Shown here: one piece after another, positions 9,801-17,573 of the stretch | Position numbering within the stretch: the first letter of the stretch is position 1 | Layout of the letters: each line of letters starts with the position of its first letter | DNA from: a virus | IMG/VR virus record: IMGVR_UViG_3300029448_000018 | Coordinates: 5,664-69,663 of that record | Length of the DNA: 64,000 nt | Strand: one strand, 5' to 3' | The notes under the pieces: model-generated | Database searches by the model: none | Told to the model about the DNA's origin: nothing | What the model saw: only the letters and a program-made list of their open reading frames with translations | Made by a program: the position numbers and the translations under genes

Positions 9801-12554
9801 AAAATGGAAGAAGCAGACCCAACTGCATTTGACCCGAATGACCCACAGAAATTTATTGATAACAATGCAAGGATGTTTCGTGATGCTCAACGATATATTT
9901 CCAACGTTTCTCATTCTGTACACGGTTTAACAACGACAGGGTATGGGGTTGACTTTACAGATGTAGAAACAAAATCTGCTGAAAATAAAGGCTTTCATCA
10001 AAACGTTGCTTCTCATCTACAAGAACATGGTTTTCCAATTACAGGTAACATGAGTGTAGACGAAGTTCTTGAAGCGTTAGCAATAGAAAAAACACCACAG
10101 TCGAAAGAACATGCAAGAGAACTTATTGAGCGTTCTAACACTTTGAATCAACCATTACACGCAAGTACTGTTAATCAACTCATTTCTCATGGGGGTATTA
10201 CAGACGTACATGGAACAGACATTTCTCATATGCATGATGAATCGTTAGGAGAGAAAGAAGGAAGTGAACTCAATCCTGAACAAAAGTTTGCAGTAATGGT
10301 ACAAACATTAGGCTATCACGATGCAGTACAAGAATTGCATAAAGAAATAAATTCAGATAAAGAATACAAAAAAGCACAGTATATCCATGCACTTCCTCGT
10401 AGATTTAAGCAACTTATGAACTCAAACACTCAATTTGGTTCCGCTATTGATGCTAATGGATTGGAATACATCAATAACGATGTATACGATGCACAAGGGA
10501 AGAAAAAAGGTTCTGCTGGAAAAGGACGACCACAGATTACTGCTGAAACAAGAAATAATCTTGATTCTATTATTCATTACAATCCTTCCGTACAACAAGA
10601 AGAAAGACCAGAAGAACCTACTACTTCAATAGTTACAAGAGCAGGAATGACACAAATTCCTGTTGGTTCTTCTAATCCTAACAACGGAAGTATTGTAGAT
10701 ACTTTTGATGCTGGCGCACACCATAGTGGTTGGTTAGCAAGTCCTTCTGCTGGTTGTGAGTTTACAGCCGATGGTCAAATTATGGCAGGTCAATATGTAG
10801 AACAAGGATTGTATCACTCGGTTCCACACGAACTTACAGATATGGTTCATGGAAAAGAACTACGTGAACAAGTATGGAATAACGCACCACCCGCACAAGA
10901 ATCTCGACTTCCTACAAGTGGTATTGACCCTACAACATTCATTGCTATGAATGAGGACCCAAGTAAATTAGCATTGAGTGAAATGAGTGATTACATAGAA
11001 GGGTTACTCAATCCTGATATTTTACTCATGAAAGAAGATAAACCTGAATGGAATCCTCTAATACGCCCTATGCACCGTATTTTTGAACTAAGTGATTTAG
11101 AACACCTACGTGGATTTAGTGGTTCGTGGGTCGTATCAAAATGGTACGATGGAAAGCGTGTTATGATAATTAAAAATGGTGAAGAGATTACTGCTCTCAA
11201 TGAATCAGGTAAAAAAGTAGGTCTGAAAAAGGCTCATAGAGAAGCATTACAAAAAGTCAACGACAATAATTTTGCAATAGATACCATTCTTGGCGATGTA
11301 GATTTGAACGTTATAGATATACTAAATTACGATAACAATGATATTACAGATATGCAAGTCTTTGAACGAATCAAAGTCATACGTTCTCAATTTGAAAGTC
11401 ATGAGAATGTCATTGTTCCGGGTCCTCACGATACAAAGGTAACAGATAGTGAAGGACTCAAAGAAAGTGTAGAACGAATGCAAAAAGAACATGAGAATAT
11501 TTTGCTAAGAGATTCTAAGTCCACATATATGCGTGGAGAATTTAGACACCCTAAGTGGGTATTGTATAGACCAACTCGTGATTACAATTTCATTGTTCTT
11601 GATAGAAGAGGTAATGGTCCTTACACATATCAATTAGGTGCGGGTCCTCTTATTGACGATGGTGGATTGGCTAATCGAGCGATTGAACACAAAGGTGAGT
11701 ACTACATGGATGTAGGTACAGCACGTAATCAAGATAAAGCGTACAAAGTCGGAGATGTAGTGCGAGTATCAGTAAGTGGAGTTACAAAGAAAACTCGTGG
11801 GCAAAGAAATGTTTTCACCGTACAAGTAAAGCAAATAGAAGGCGTAGGTGAAGGTGAAGGACCTGCAAGTGCAGAATCATTAGACTTGTTGACAAAATCG
11901 TATGCCGCTATCAATATTCCACATAATGTAGAATATGATGAAGAAGGATTCCGTGTTGTACTCAAAGATATTGATACTGTAACATACCAAGTAGATGAAG
12001 TAGGAAATATGTGGTATCTTCATTCCCCTCAAGGTAATATGGATTTACTATTCAAAAATCAGTATGCAGTAACATTAGCGGAGAGCCTTCAACCATTTTG
12101 GGGTTCTGTAGCACCTCTTATGTTATCAGGAGTATTGAAAACAGAAGAAGAATTTAGTTCTCCGCCTAAAAAACATACACCAAAAGAAATCGAAGAAGGT
12201 TCTGTTGGTATCTTAGAAGAAGATGATGAAAATAGATTACTTAAACCAGAAGATAAGAAAAAAGCGATTGAAGTTATTCTAAGGACACTTGATACACTCA
12301 CAAAAGAAAAATTGACATGGACTGGACCGAGAGGTTTGGGAATTGATGTAGGTACACCTACAGAATCACCAAGTGGACCCACAAAAATCACAGAAGAAGA
12401 AAATCTTCCAGATTTCGATGGAAGAACTGATGAAGAAAGAGATAAAGATGACAAAAAACCAAAGCACATAAAGCCTGTTGATGTTTCAACAGAAGAAGGT
12501 GAAAATCTCCATTTAGACTATGAAAACGATACCCCAGTACTTTCAAAGGTATAA
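6807..12554 (+). CDS. Large head-module protein (~1915 aa) with a degenerate ATP-dependent DNA ligase-like NTase+OB region near the C-terminus
   Basis: WVVSKWYDGKR (motif I-like), IDILNYD, ERIKVI, ENILLRDSKSTY..G, then OB-fold-like MDVGT/GDVVRV. Start after GGCGGTG at 6807. Confidence 0.7.
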   Translation: MSYTQLDHATYDLLKSLDDGLDLERNAAEYIIAWNSMEKSPREPILGSLLVLAEDVIAKKEKEELPEFEYDKGDDTGEGLLHNIEDTQDDLTNHIWLDGLQGGKNLSDHFSTWPVYRPNPANHPYREHHFPFHPANHPALRLHATTGKPHWVEMLRAHVFGGYMDEEAKMEKEYIKHLKDNKHPLAFGFKPQGSKSKSMNLLGTPEVFGTIGTHQKDFYERDYHRWKKSNEASNIKDSLVEEGRSSQDIQKILREAHFDQKANEWLTEDSVLDDDYNVHPTPLGHHGFKLGLEWFSPEERTAIRQQIDEHGLDNVSTIELPSGQKIPSSRFTYNALMRKTPEMNWAVRSPRMMGRNSHLRLEDNDTDYELGEGGRFLQSALGNAVHLPYEGKEESIADFILEEINNLYADDMKNAGKGYKRKLKYLPRLNLHKNDSPEDLTWEGLKDAEKSQFGKRTQKIDHSRIPIEDILFLAGFDPKTREPIQNHELHGSMEGPIVPLEWIENMEKQASGHMNLQQQEKDIRNHLSFLKAAHGPHPSEDKPSYWRTSEDGDYTYGPGNFWNKLYQGTGGAGMSLSTYNEILHALTANEDGNSLLGEVHESGTMGEKKTIVPNQNNLSLAAHFMPERSQEHGHFDANTKKYVHHNAPKLIQNILSPVNVSRPIPSGTSHSGFKEGATTKNNFSEHKSSLSPQYEYMIRHMTDKERQIFGSHLKPFDNTLTRNPFLHHATYRGYVPYSSDKQIYDNAADTHKRIMRFGYQNHLNTPSEKSVTSFNDLLRGEGEVSGGETPEDMFSFLNWGVSKPSYNKVKDYLNTSKRAFGLRLLTNITKVIGSQKPRDILEYLQAEDFTDLREKMGFDAVHDTTPIGDIVGGLLDDIHLDIKERPQTYKHKKPTMEDAVRTAISFGGALPAIDKEQKLQDESDDLLQQLNEADEIDKPLIREKLTDVTSKLTAMQQKAIEGVQGKGTTHWKIDSKREEELAKAHRILVAKVAPMIKEKMEEADPTAFDPNDPQKFIDNNARMFRDAQRYISNVSHSVHGLTTTGYGVDFTDVETKSAENKGFHQNVASHLQEHGFPITGNMSVDEVLEALAIEKTPQSKEHARELIERSNTLNQPLHASTVNQLISHGGITDVHGTDISHMHDESLGEKEGSELNPEQKFAVMVQTLGYHDAVQELHKEINSDKEYKKAQYIHALPRRFKQLMNSNTQFGSAIDANGLEYINNDVYDAQGKKKGSAGKGRPQITAETRNNLDSIIHYNPSVQQEERPEEPTTSIVTRAGMTQIPVGSSNPNNGSIVDTFDAGAHHSGWLASPSAGCEFTADGQIMAGQYVEQGLYHSVPHELTDMVHGKELREQVWNNAPPAQESRLPTSGIDPTTFIAMNEDPSKLALSEMSDYIEGLLNPDILLMKEDKPEWNPLIRPMHRIFELSDLEHLRGFSGSWVVSKWYDGKRVMIIKNGEEITALNESGKKVGLKKAHREALQKVNDNNFAIDTILGDVDLNVIDILNYDNNDITDMQVFERIKVIRSQFESHENVIVPGPHDTKVTDSEGLKESVERMQKEHENILLRDSKSTYMRGEFRHPKWVLYRPTRDYNFIVLDRRGNGPYTYQLGAGPLIDDGGLANRAIEHKGEYYMDVGTARNQDKAYKVGDVVRVSVSGVTKKTRGQRNVFTVQVKQIEGVGEGEGPASAESLDLLTKSYAAINIPHNVEYDEEGFRVVLKDIDTVTYQVDEVGNMWYLHSPQGNMDLLFKNQYAVTLAESLQPFWGSVAPLMLSGVLKTEEEFSSPPKKHTPKEIEEGSVGILEEDDENRLLKPEDKKKAIEVILRTLDTLTKEKLTWTGPRGLGIDVGTPTESPSGPTKITEEENLPDFDGRTDEERDKDDKKPKHIKPVDVSTEEGENLHLDYENDTPVLSKV

Positions 12555-12561
12555 TAGGGGT

Positions 12562-12569
12562 CTATATAC
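12562..12569 (+). promoter_or_regulatory. Putative archaeal TATA box for the protease/capsid operon
   Basis: CTATATAC lies 24-31 nt upstream of ATG 12593 in a short intergenic gap, spacing that fits a leaderless or short-leader transcript. Confidence 0.4.
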
Positions 12570-12592
12570 CATGACGAGGAATTGTTGATTCA

Positions 12593-13972
12593 ATGCTCGC
12601 TCTCAAGCAACCAGAACAGGGTCTTTCACTCCTCAAGAGTGGAAGTGACCTCGTTGTTGCTGGATATGCATCAGTTGAGTTGGTCGATAAACAAGGCGAC
12701 CTTATCACTCGTGGTGCTCTTAAGAGTGCATTTGACGGTTTCATGAAGAGTGATAAGTACCGCAATGTACAACTTGCTCATTCAAACATCCAAGTCGGTG
12801 AAGTCTTGGATTCTTATGTAGACAACAATGGAAGAATGTGGAAGTCCGAATGCGACGACACAGGAATGTTTGTTGTCGTTCAACTCCGCAATGATATTGA
12901 GAAGGCTCGTGAAGTAGCCGCTGAAATCCGCAAGGGTAACCTTCGTGGATTCTCCATTGGAGGACAAGCATTCAAGAGGGTGCGAAAGTCTGATAGTGTA
13001 AAAGGCGATTACCAAGAGATTTCAAAGATGGAATTGCATGAGATTACTATTTGTGAAAAAGGTATTAACCCTGAAGCACAATTTAGTATTTTAAAGGAGG
13101 ACAACAATATGACTGATTTGAATACAGTAATGGAAAGACTTGAAGCACGACTTGATGCAATGGAAAAGGGTGAGATTCCTCCTCAACTCCGTGAGAGCAT
13201 TAAGGATAAAAAAGACGACGAACCAAAGGAAGAAGCATCTTCCGACAAAGGTGATGACGATATGAAAGAAGAAAAGAAAGAAGGTAACCCATTTGCAAAG
13301 GGCGACGAGTTCAGCGATGTTATCTCATCTGAATACCTTAGTTGGATGGAAGATACTCTCAAATCCGCTGGTGTAGATACAAATCAAGCACGAGCACACT
13401 TTGATGACTTGCAAAAGCAACAAATGGGTGGATTCGACAATCCTGACTCCGTTGACGGTGCTGACTACTTCGGTGGTCAAGTTCGTGGACGAGGACAAGA
13501 AGGTGGCAACCCATCAACTGGTGCTATCTCCGCACTCACAGCAGGTGGCGGAAAGCAACCTGCTGGTGCTCAGGGACCTGCTAAGGTTGCAAAGGGAGAT
13601 TACCTTTCAGCCTCTACAGTTTCACAATCCGACATCGAAGCCGCTTACGAAGTTTACAAAGCGGCGGCATTGGAACAACAATTCCGTGGTAACCTTGAAT
13701 CCGAGTTCTCATCCCGTCTTTCTAAAGAGATGGAGATTGCTAAGAACGAAGAAGCACGAGCACACTTTGACGCTCGTGAGCCACTATCGGAAGTACTCAA
13801 GTCTATTGAGTCTCTTTCCGAGCGAATTGACAACCTCTCAACCGAGAGCGTTTCAATCCAAAAGTCGGCTTCTTCACCAAACATTGAAATTCCCTCCACC
13901 CAAGATTTGGGTAACATGACTTGGGACGAGGTACACAACCTCGCTGACAAGGCAATTAGGGGAAGCAACTAA
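12593..13972 (+). CDS. HK97-family prohead protease fused to scaffold
   Basis: VVAGYAS...DKQGD, QLAH (catalytic His), LRGFSIGG (catalytic Ser), LHEITIC..GINPEA, followed by an acidic coiled-coil region. Directly upstream of the capsid gene. Confidence 0.9.
   Translation: MLALKQPEQGLSLLKSGSDLVVAGYASVELVDKQGDLITRGALKSAFDGFMKSDKYRNVQLAHSNIQVGEVLDSYVDNNGRMWKSECDDTGMFVVVQLRNDIEKAREVAAEIRKGNLRGFSIGGQAFKRVRKSDSVKGDYQEISKMELHEITICEKGINPEAQFSILKEDNNMTDLNTVMERLEARLDAMEKGEIPPQLRESIKDKKDDEPKEEASSDKGDDDMKEEKKEGNPFAKGDEFSDVISSEYLSWMEDTLKSAGVDTNQARAHFDDLQKQQMGGFDNPDSVDGADYFGGQVRGRGQEGGNPSTGAISALTAGGGKQPAGAQGPAKVAKGDYLSASTVSQSDIEAAYEVYKAAALEQQFRGNLESEFSSRLSKEMEIAKNEEARAHFDAREPLSEVLKSIESLSERIDNLSTESVSIQKSASSPNIEIPSTQDLGNMTWDEVHNLADKAIRGSN
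13109..13972 (+). CDS. Nested in-frame scaffold protein (internal start)
   Basis: GGAGG at 13096-13100, 8 nt before an in-frame ATG (MTDLNTVMERLEARL) immediately after the protease domain. Confidence 0.6.
   Translation: MTDLNTVMERLEARLDAMEKGEIPPQLRESIKDKKDDEPKEEASSDKGDDDMKEEKKEGNPFAKGDEFSDVISSEYLSWMEDTLKSAGVDTNQARAHFDDLQKQQMGGFDNPDSVDGADYFGGQVRGRGQEGGNPSTGAISALTAGGGKQPAGAQGPAKVAKGDYLSASTVSQSDIEAAYEVYKAAALEQQFRGNLESEFSSRLSKEMEIAKNEEARAHFDAREPLSEVLKSIESLSERIDNLSTESVSIQKSASSPNIEIPSTQDLGNMTWDEVHNLADKAIRGSN
13386..13770 (+). repeat. 19-bp direct repeat AAGCACGAGCACACTTTGA (ARAHFD) in scaffold
   Basis: Identical copies at 13386-13404 and 13752-13770. Confidence 0.85.
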
Positions 13973-13991
13973 TCTAAGGAGATGATGAACA

Positions 13992-15095
13992 ATGGCAAGA
14001 GATTACATACGAAGCATTACTGACATGGAACGCTACTACTACGGTGCTGGCAACGCAATGGGTTACTCCTACTCCGGTAGCGAGTTGCTCAAGGCTGACG
14101 CACCTATGCTTTCCACAACAGCGGGAACATACCAAGCGATTTATGGTCGCAAAGTTTGGTCCCAACTAAACCAAGAATTTAACGCATTCTCAATTCTACC
14201 AAAGCGTCCGTGGGAACGAAGTGGATGGCGAGTCATCACAGAACGTCCTTCCTTTACTGTTGGCGGCGGTGTTGCAGAGAACGCAACACTTCCTGACACA
14301 ACCAAGCCGACCTTCCAGCACATTGCGGCCAAGCCTAAGACTGTGGTTCACACATTCGACATGAGCGAAACTGCAATGTTCCTTGCTGACAAGGACGATG
14401 GACTTGGCGACATCCGTTCTATCCTAAAGGAAGAAATGGGTAAGCACCACGCAGAACACATCAACAAGATGATGACCGCAGACAAGGCTACACTCGCAGG
14501 TAACGACTTTGAATCACTTGACCGTATTACGGTTGGTTCAAACGAAACTGGAACTGACATTGACATGTACAGCATTGACCGAAGTGCAAACTCTTGGTCT
14601 TACTCAGAAGTCAATCAAAACGGTGGAACAGACCGTGTTCTGTCCCTCGACCATCTTGATGACCTCTTCCAGAAGTGCTGGACTCGTGGTGGTAACCCGA
14701 AGGTTATCCTTACAGGATATGACACACTTATGCGTCTACAACAACTTCTACAATCCCAACAACGTTTCCTTGAAGAGAAGCGTGTCACCCCAACCTACAA
14801 CGGTGTAAAGGGTGTACCGGGTATTGAAGCAGGTTTCATTGTTGCAACATACAACGGTGTTCCAATCATTCCATCAAAAGACGTACAAACCGATACTCTA
14901 AGTCGTATGTACTTCCTTGATACTGATTACCTGTACTTTAGCACAGCAATTCCAACGCAATACTTTGAGAGTGGTATCGAAACTGGTGACCCATTCGCTA
15001 TTAACCGTCTTGGACAAGAGGGTATGTACCGAACTATGGGAGAACTATGGACTACTTTCTACGGAGGTCACGGTTCAGTCCGAGACTTGAAGTGA
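13992..15095 (+). CDS. Major capsid protein (HK97 fold)
   Basis: 367 aa after the protease, with GGGVAEN, PKTVVH and ATYNGVPIIPS motifs. Strong AGGAG RBS and highly biased codon usage. Confidence 0.9.
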   Translation: MARDYIRSITDMERYYYGAGNAMGYSYSGSELLKADAPMLSTTAGTYQAIYGRKVWSQLNQEFNAFSILPKRPWERSGWRVITERPSFTVGGGVAENATLPDTTKPTFQHIAAKPKTVVHTFDMSETAMFLADKDDGLGDIRSILKEEMGKHHAEHINKMMTADKATLAGNDFESLDRITVGSNETGTDIDMYSIDRSANSWSYSEVNQNGGTDRVLSLDHLDDLFQKCWTRGGNPKVILTGYDTLMRLQQLLQSQQRFLEEKRVTPTYNGVKGVPGIEAGFIVATYNGVPIIPSKDVQTDTLSRMYFLDTDYLYFSTAIPTQYFESGIETGDPFAINRLGQEGMYRTMGELWTTFYGGHGSVRDLK

Positions 15096-15129
15096 GGCTA
15101 ATGGAAAAAACATATGGAGATGATTTATT

Positions 15130-15594
15130 ATGACAACAGAAACAAAGACACAAAAAGGATTGACAATTTCTTTCGATGACGGTGATTTCACAAGCGGTAC
15201 AGTCTCGGTTCTCTTGGACCTTGACTTGCGTACAGGAACACCAGTCGATGAAACTGCTTGGTTAGACGGTAATGCTGGTGGTTCATACCCCGGTTCTCTT
15301 ACTGGTTTTACCGCACAAAATTCCGATGGAAAAGCGGCAGGAAGTATGCGATTGGTACAAATTGCATTCACACTTGCTGATGCGGCTGAACAAGTATTAG
15401 TTCTTACAGCAGGGGCTTCAAAAATTATTGGAGTACTTGGTACTTCTTTCGCAGTAGCCGACAAGACCCTATCTGCAACCTTCACTAACACTGGTGCGGC
15501 TCCAGCCGCTAAGACTGGCGCACTTCTTCCAGCAATCGTCCTTCACGGAGAGGCGGCTGGTGCAGGAACAGTAACGGCGGTTTTGCTCAATTGA
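15130..15594 (+). CDS. Putative capsid decoration / minor virion protein
   Basis: A/G/T-rich beta protein right after the capsid gene, with GGAG RBS. Confidence 0.55.
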   Translation: MTTETKTQKGLTISFDDGDFTSGTVSVLLDLDLRTGTPVDETAWLDGNAGGSYPGSLTGFTAQNSDGKAAGSMRLVQIAFTLADAAEQVLVLTAGASKIIGVLGTSFAVADKTLSATFTNTGAAPAAKTGALLPAIVLHGEAAGAGTVTAVLLN

Positions 15595-15604
15595 GGGTGA
15601 TTAA

Positions 15605-15943
15605 GTGCCTCACGTAACCTACACAGGTCCCTTCTACGAACGAAGGCGAAGAGATTCAAATGCTTCGTGGATTCGTGGAAAAATGGAAGAGGTTACTCAA
15701 GAGTGGCTTAACGAGTGGAAACACACTTTACCTGAAACTCACTTCCTTATCGAAGGAGATGAAGGAGTTACAGTCGATGGTGGAAATGATGGATTACCAG
15801 ACAGCGGATGGAGTCGAAAAGACATACTTACATGGCTTGACGAGCAAAACGTTGATTTACCTAATGGTTACATCACTAAAACAAAGGCACTCACTCTTGT
15901 AGACGAGCACTTGAACCCAACAGAAAATGGAGATGAAGAATAA
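15605..15943 (+). CDS. Hypothetical protein with C-terminal HeH/SAP-like helix pair
   Basis: GAGGGTGA RBS. WSRKDILTWLDEQNV...TKTKALTLV pattern. Confidence 0.55.
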   Translation: MPHVTYTGPFYERRRRDSNASWIRGKMEEVTQEWLNEWKHTLPETHFLIEGDEGVTVDGGNDGLPDSGWSRKDILTWLDEQNVDLPNGYITKTKALTLVDEHLNPTENGDEE

Positions 15944-16269
15944 TGGCAGTAACAATAGACCCAAGACCAACAGTATTTGGCGACAGAATGATTGTAACAG
16001 GTACTTACGCCGCTGGCGATAACGCAATTGACCTAACTGGAATGCTTGCAAGTATAGACTTTGCAGGTGCAAATTCAAGCGGTGCTATTGCGGCACGACC
16101 TATCACAGACACAGGAGGTACGGCTAACCTTCAAAATGTCGTATTTGGTGTAGATGTTCGTATAGATGGTACAACCGTCCGTTTGGCGGCTGGATTGGCT
16201 GATGGAACAATCGGTGATACAGCACCCGCACAGGCTGGAACTTTTATTGCAATAGGTCGCCGTTCTTGA
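15943..16269 (+). CDS. Small virion structural protein (putative)
   Basis: TAATG overlap, A/G/T-rich beta composition. Confidence 0.55.
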   Translation: MAVTIDPRPTVFGDRMIVTGTYAAGDNAIDLTGMLASIDFAGANSSGAIAARPITDTGGTANLQNVVFGVDVRIDGTTVRLAAGLADGTIGDTAPAQAGTFIAIGRRS

Positions 16270-16279
16270 GGTGGCTTAA

Positions 16280-16498
16280 ATGGCAGTACTAAGTGGCTAT
16301 GGCTCACGAGTAATCGGTCCCTACAGTCCTAAAATGATGTCTGACGGTACGGCAACTGCGCTTATCCAAACAGATATTCGTGCCACAGGTGGTACGGGTG
16401 CTCTTGGAGTAGCGGCGGGAAGTACAACTGCACTCATTAGCATAGAACCGTTTACATCGCTTGGTAACCATTATTTCCTACTTACCTACACAGTTTGA
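16280..16498 (+). CDS. Small virion protein (putative)
   Basis: GAGGTGG RBS, 72 aa. Confidence 0.55.
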   Translation: MAVLSGYGSRVIGPYSPKMMSDGTATALIQTDIRATGGTGALGVAAGSTTALISIEPFTSLGNHYFLLTYTV

Positions 16499-16509
16499 GG
16501 TGAGTAAGT

Positions 16510-16800
16510 ATGGGATTCGATGTTAGAAGCCTTGACTTATCCGACATAGTAAGGTCGAGTAAGCAGGGTGTACACGTAGACAAAAGTGGCCTCGCAGACC
16601 AAAAGGAACACCCGTTAGCGGGTGTAACAAGAGAGCAACGTAATCGAAACCGTGATATTGGTGATGTCCTCAATATCGGTTCAGGAACACGTTGTACACA
16701 TTGTGGATTCCTCCATTTCCTATGGAGAGCAACTTGTGCAACTTGCGACAAACCTATGGAATACAACTTAGGACATCGAGATGAAGCAAACCGAGCGTGA
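16510..16800 (+). CDS. Zn-ribbon protein
   Basis: CTHC...CATC. GAGGTGAG RBS. Confidence 0.65.
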   Translation: MGFDVRSLDLSDIVRSSKQGVHVDKSGLADQKEHPLAGVTREQRNRNRDIGDVLNIGSGTRCTHCGFLHFLWRATCATCDKPMEYNLGHRDEANRA

Positions 16801-16805
16801 TTTAA

Positions 16806-17560
16806 TGGTGAAAGTATTAGTTAAAGCAATGAAACCTCATAGGCAAAGAGTTCTTGCAGATGGTAACGAAATGAAACTACAGCAATTTGCTAATCGTAAA
16901 GTTGCTGAACAGATGCGAGCCGCAGGTCAAGACCCAACTGGTGAAGGATTTCAATCGGCTCGTGATACAATGATGCGTGATGCTGTAGCCAATCCTGAAA
17001 AGCACAGTATCAAATTCATGGGCGAAAGAGTACCCTTTGAGGGGCAAAACCTTGAACAAATGCTTAGTGAGCCTGATGTAGCAGGTGAGCAAGCGGCTAT
17101 TGATGCTGAATTTGGTGATGTACATCCAAAATTGGATGATGGTGACCCTAAAGTACAACAATGGCAATCATCAAAAGACCCATCTGAATCTCCTCCTCAA
17201 ACTGCACAAGACAAACTCATGTCTGAAATCATGGACGAGACAGGCAATCTAAAGCCTGACAACAAATTCATGGATGATGGAGAAGATGAAGATGATATGC
17301 CTCCACCAGAAGAAGAGGACGACAGACCAAAGAGTGAAGATGAACTTCTTGAAAGAATCATGGCACAAAAAGCGGTATCACACATTCGTGGATTCCGTGA
17401 TGCTTGGAGTGTATTGAAAAATGAGCAAGAACCTGAATTTTGCGATAATTGCAACGACCCATACCGATGCTCATGTCCTTCTAAGCGTGAAATGAATGAG
17501 CGTATAATTCAAGAAAATGGGCGATTTGTCGGAGAACGGGGTACTTTACCAGTTAGATGA
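16806..17560 (+). CDS. Acidic hypothetical protein with VLVKA and DAWSVLK motifs and a C-terminal Cys cluster
   Basis: Likely start MVKVLVKA at 16806 (ORF track 16781). CDNC...CSC near the C-terminus. Confidence 0.6.
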
Positions 17561-17573
17561 GGGAGGGTAATGT

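Noticed and set aside
13401-13919. 172-aa alternative-frame ORF in the scaffold
   Set aside because: It lies entirely within a well-supported gene, has a TTG start with no RBS, and lacks protein-like features.
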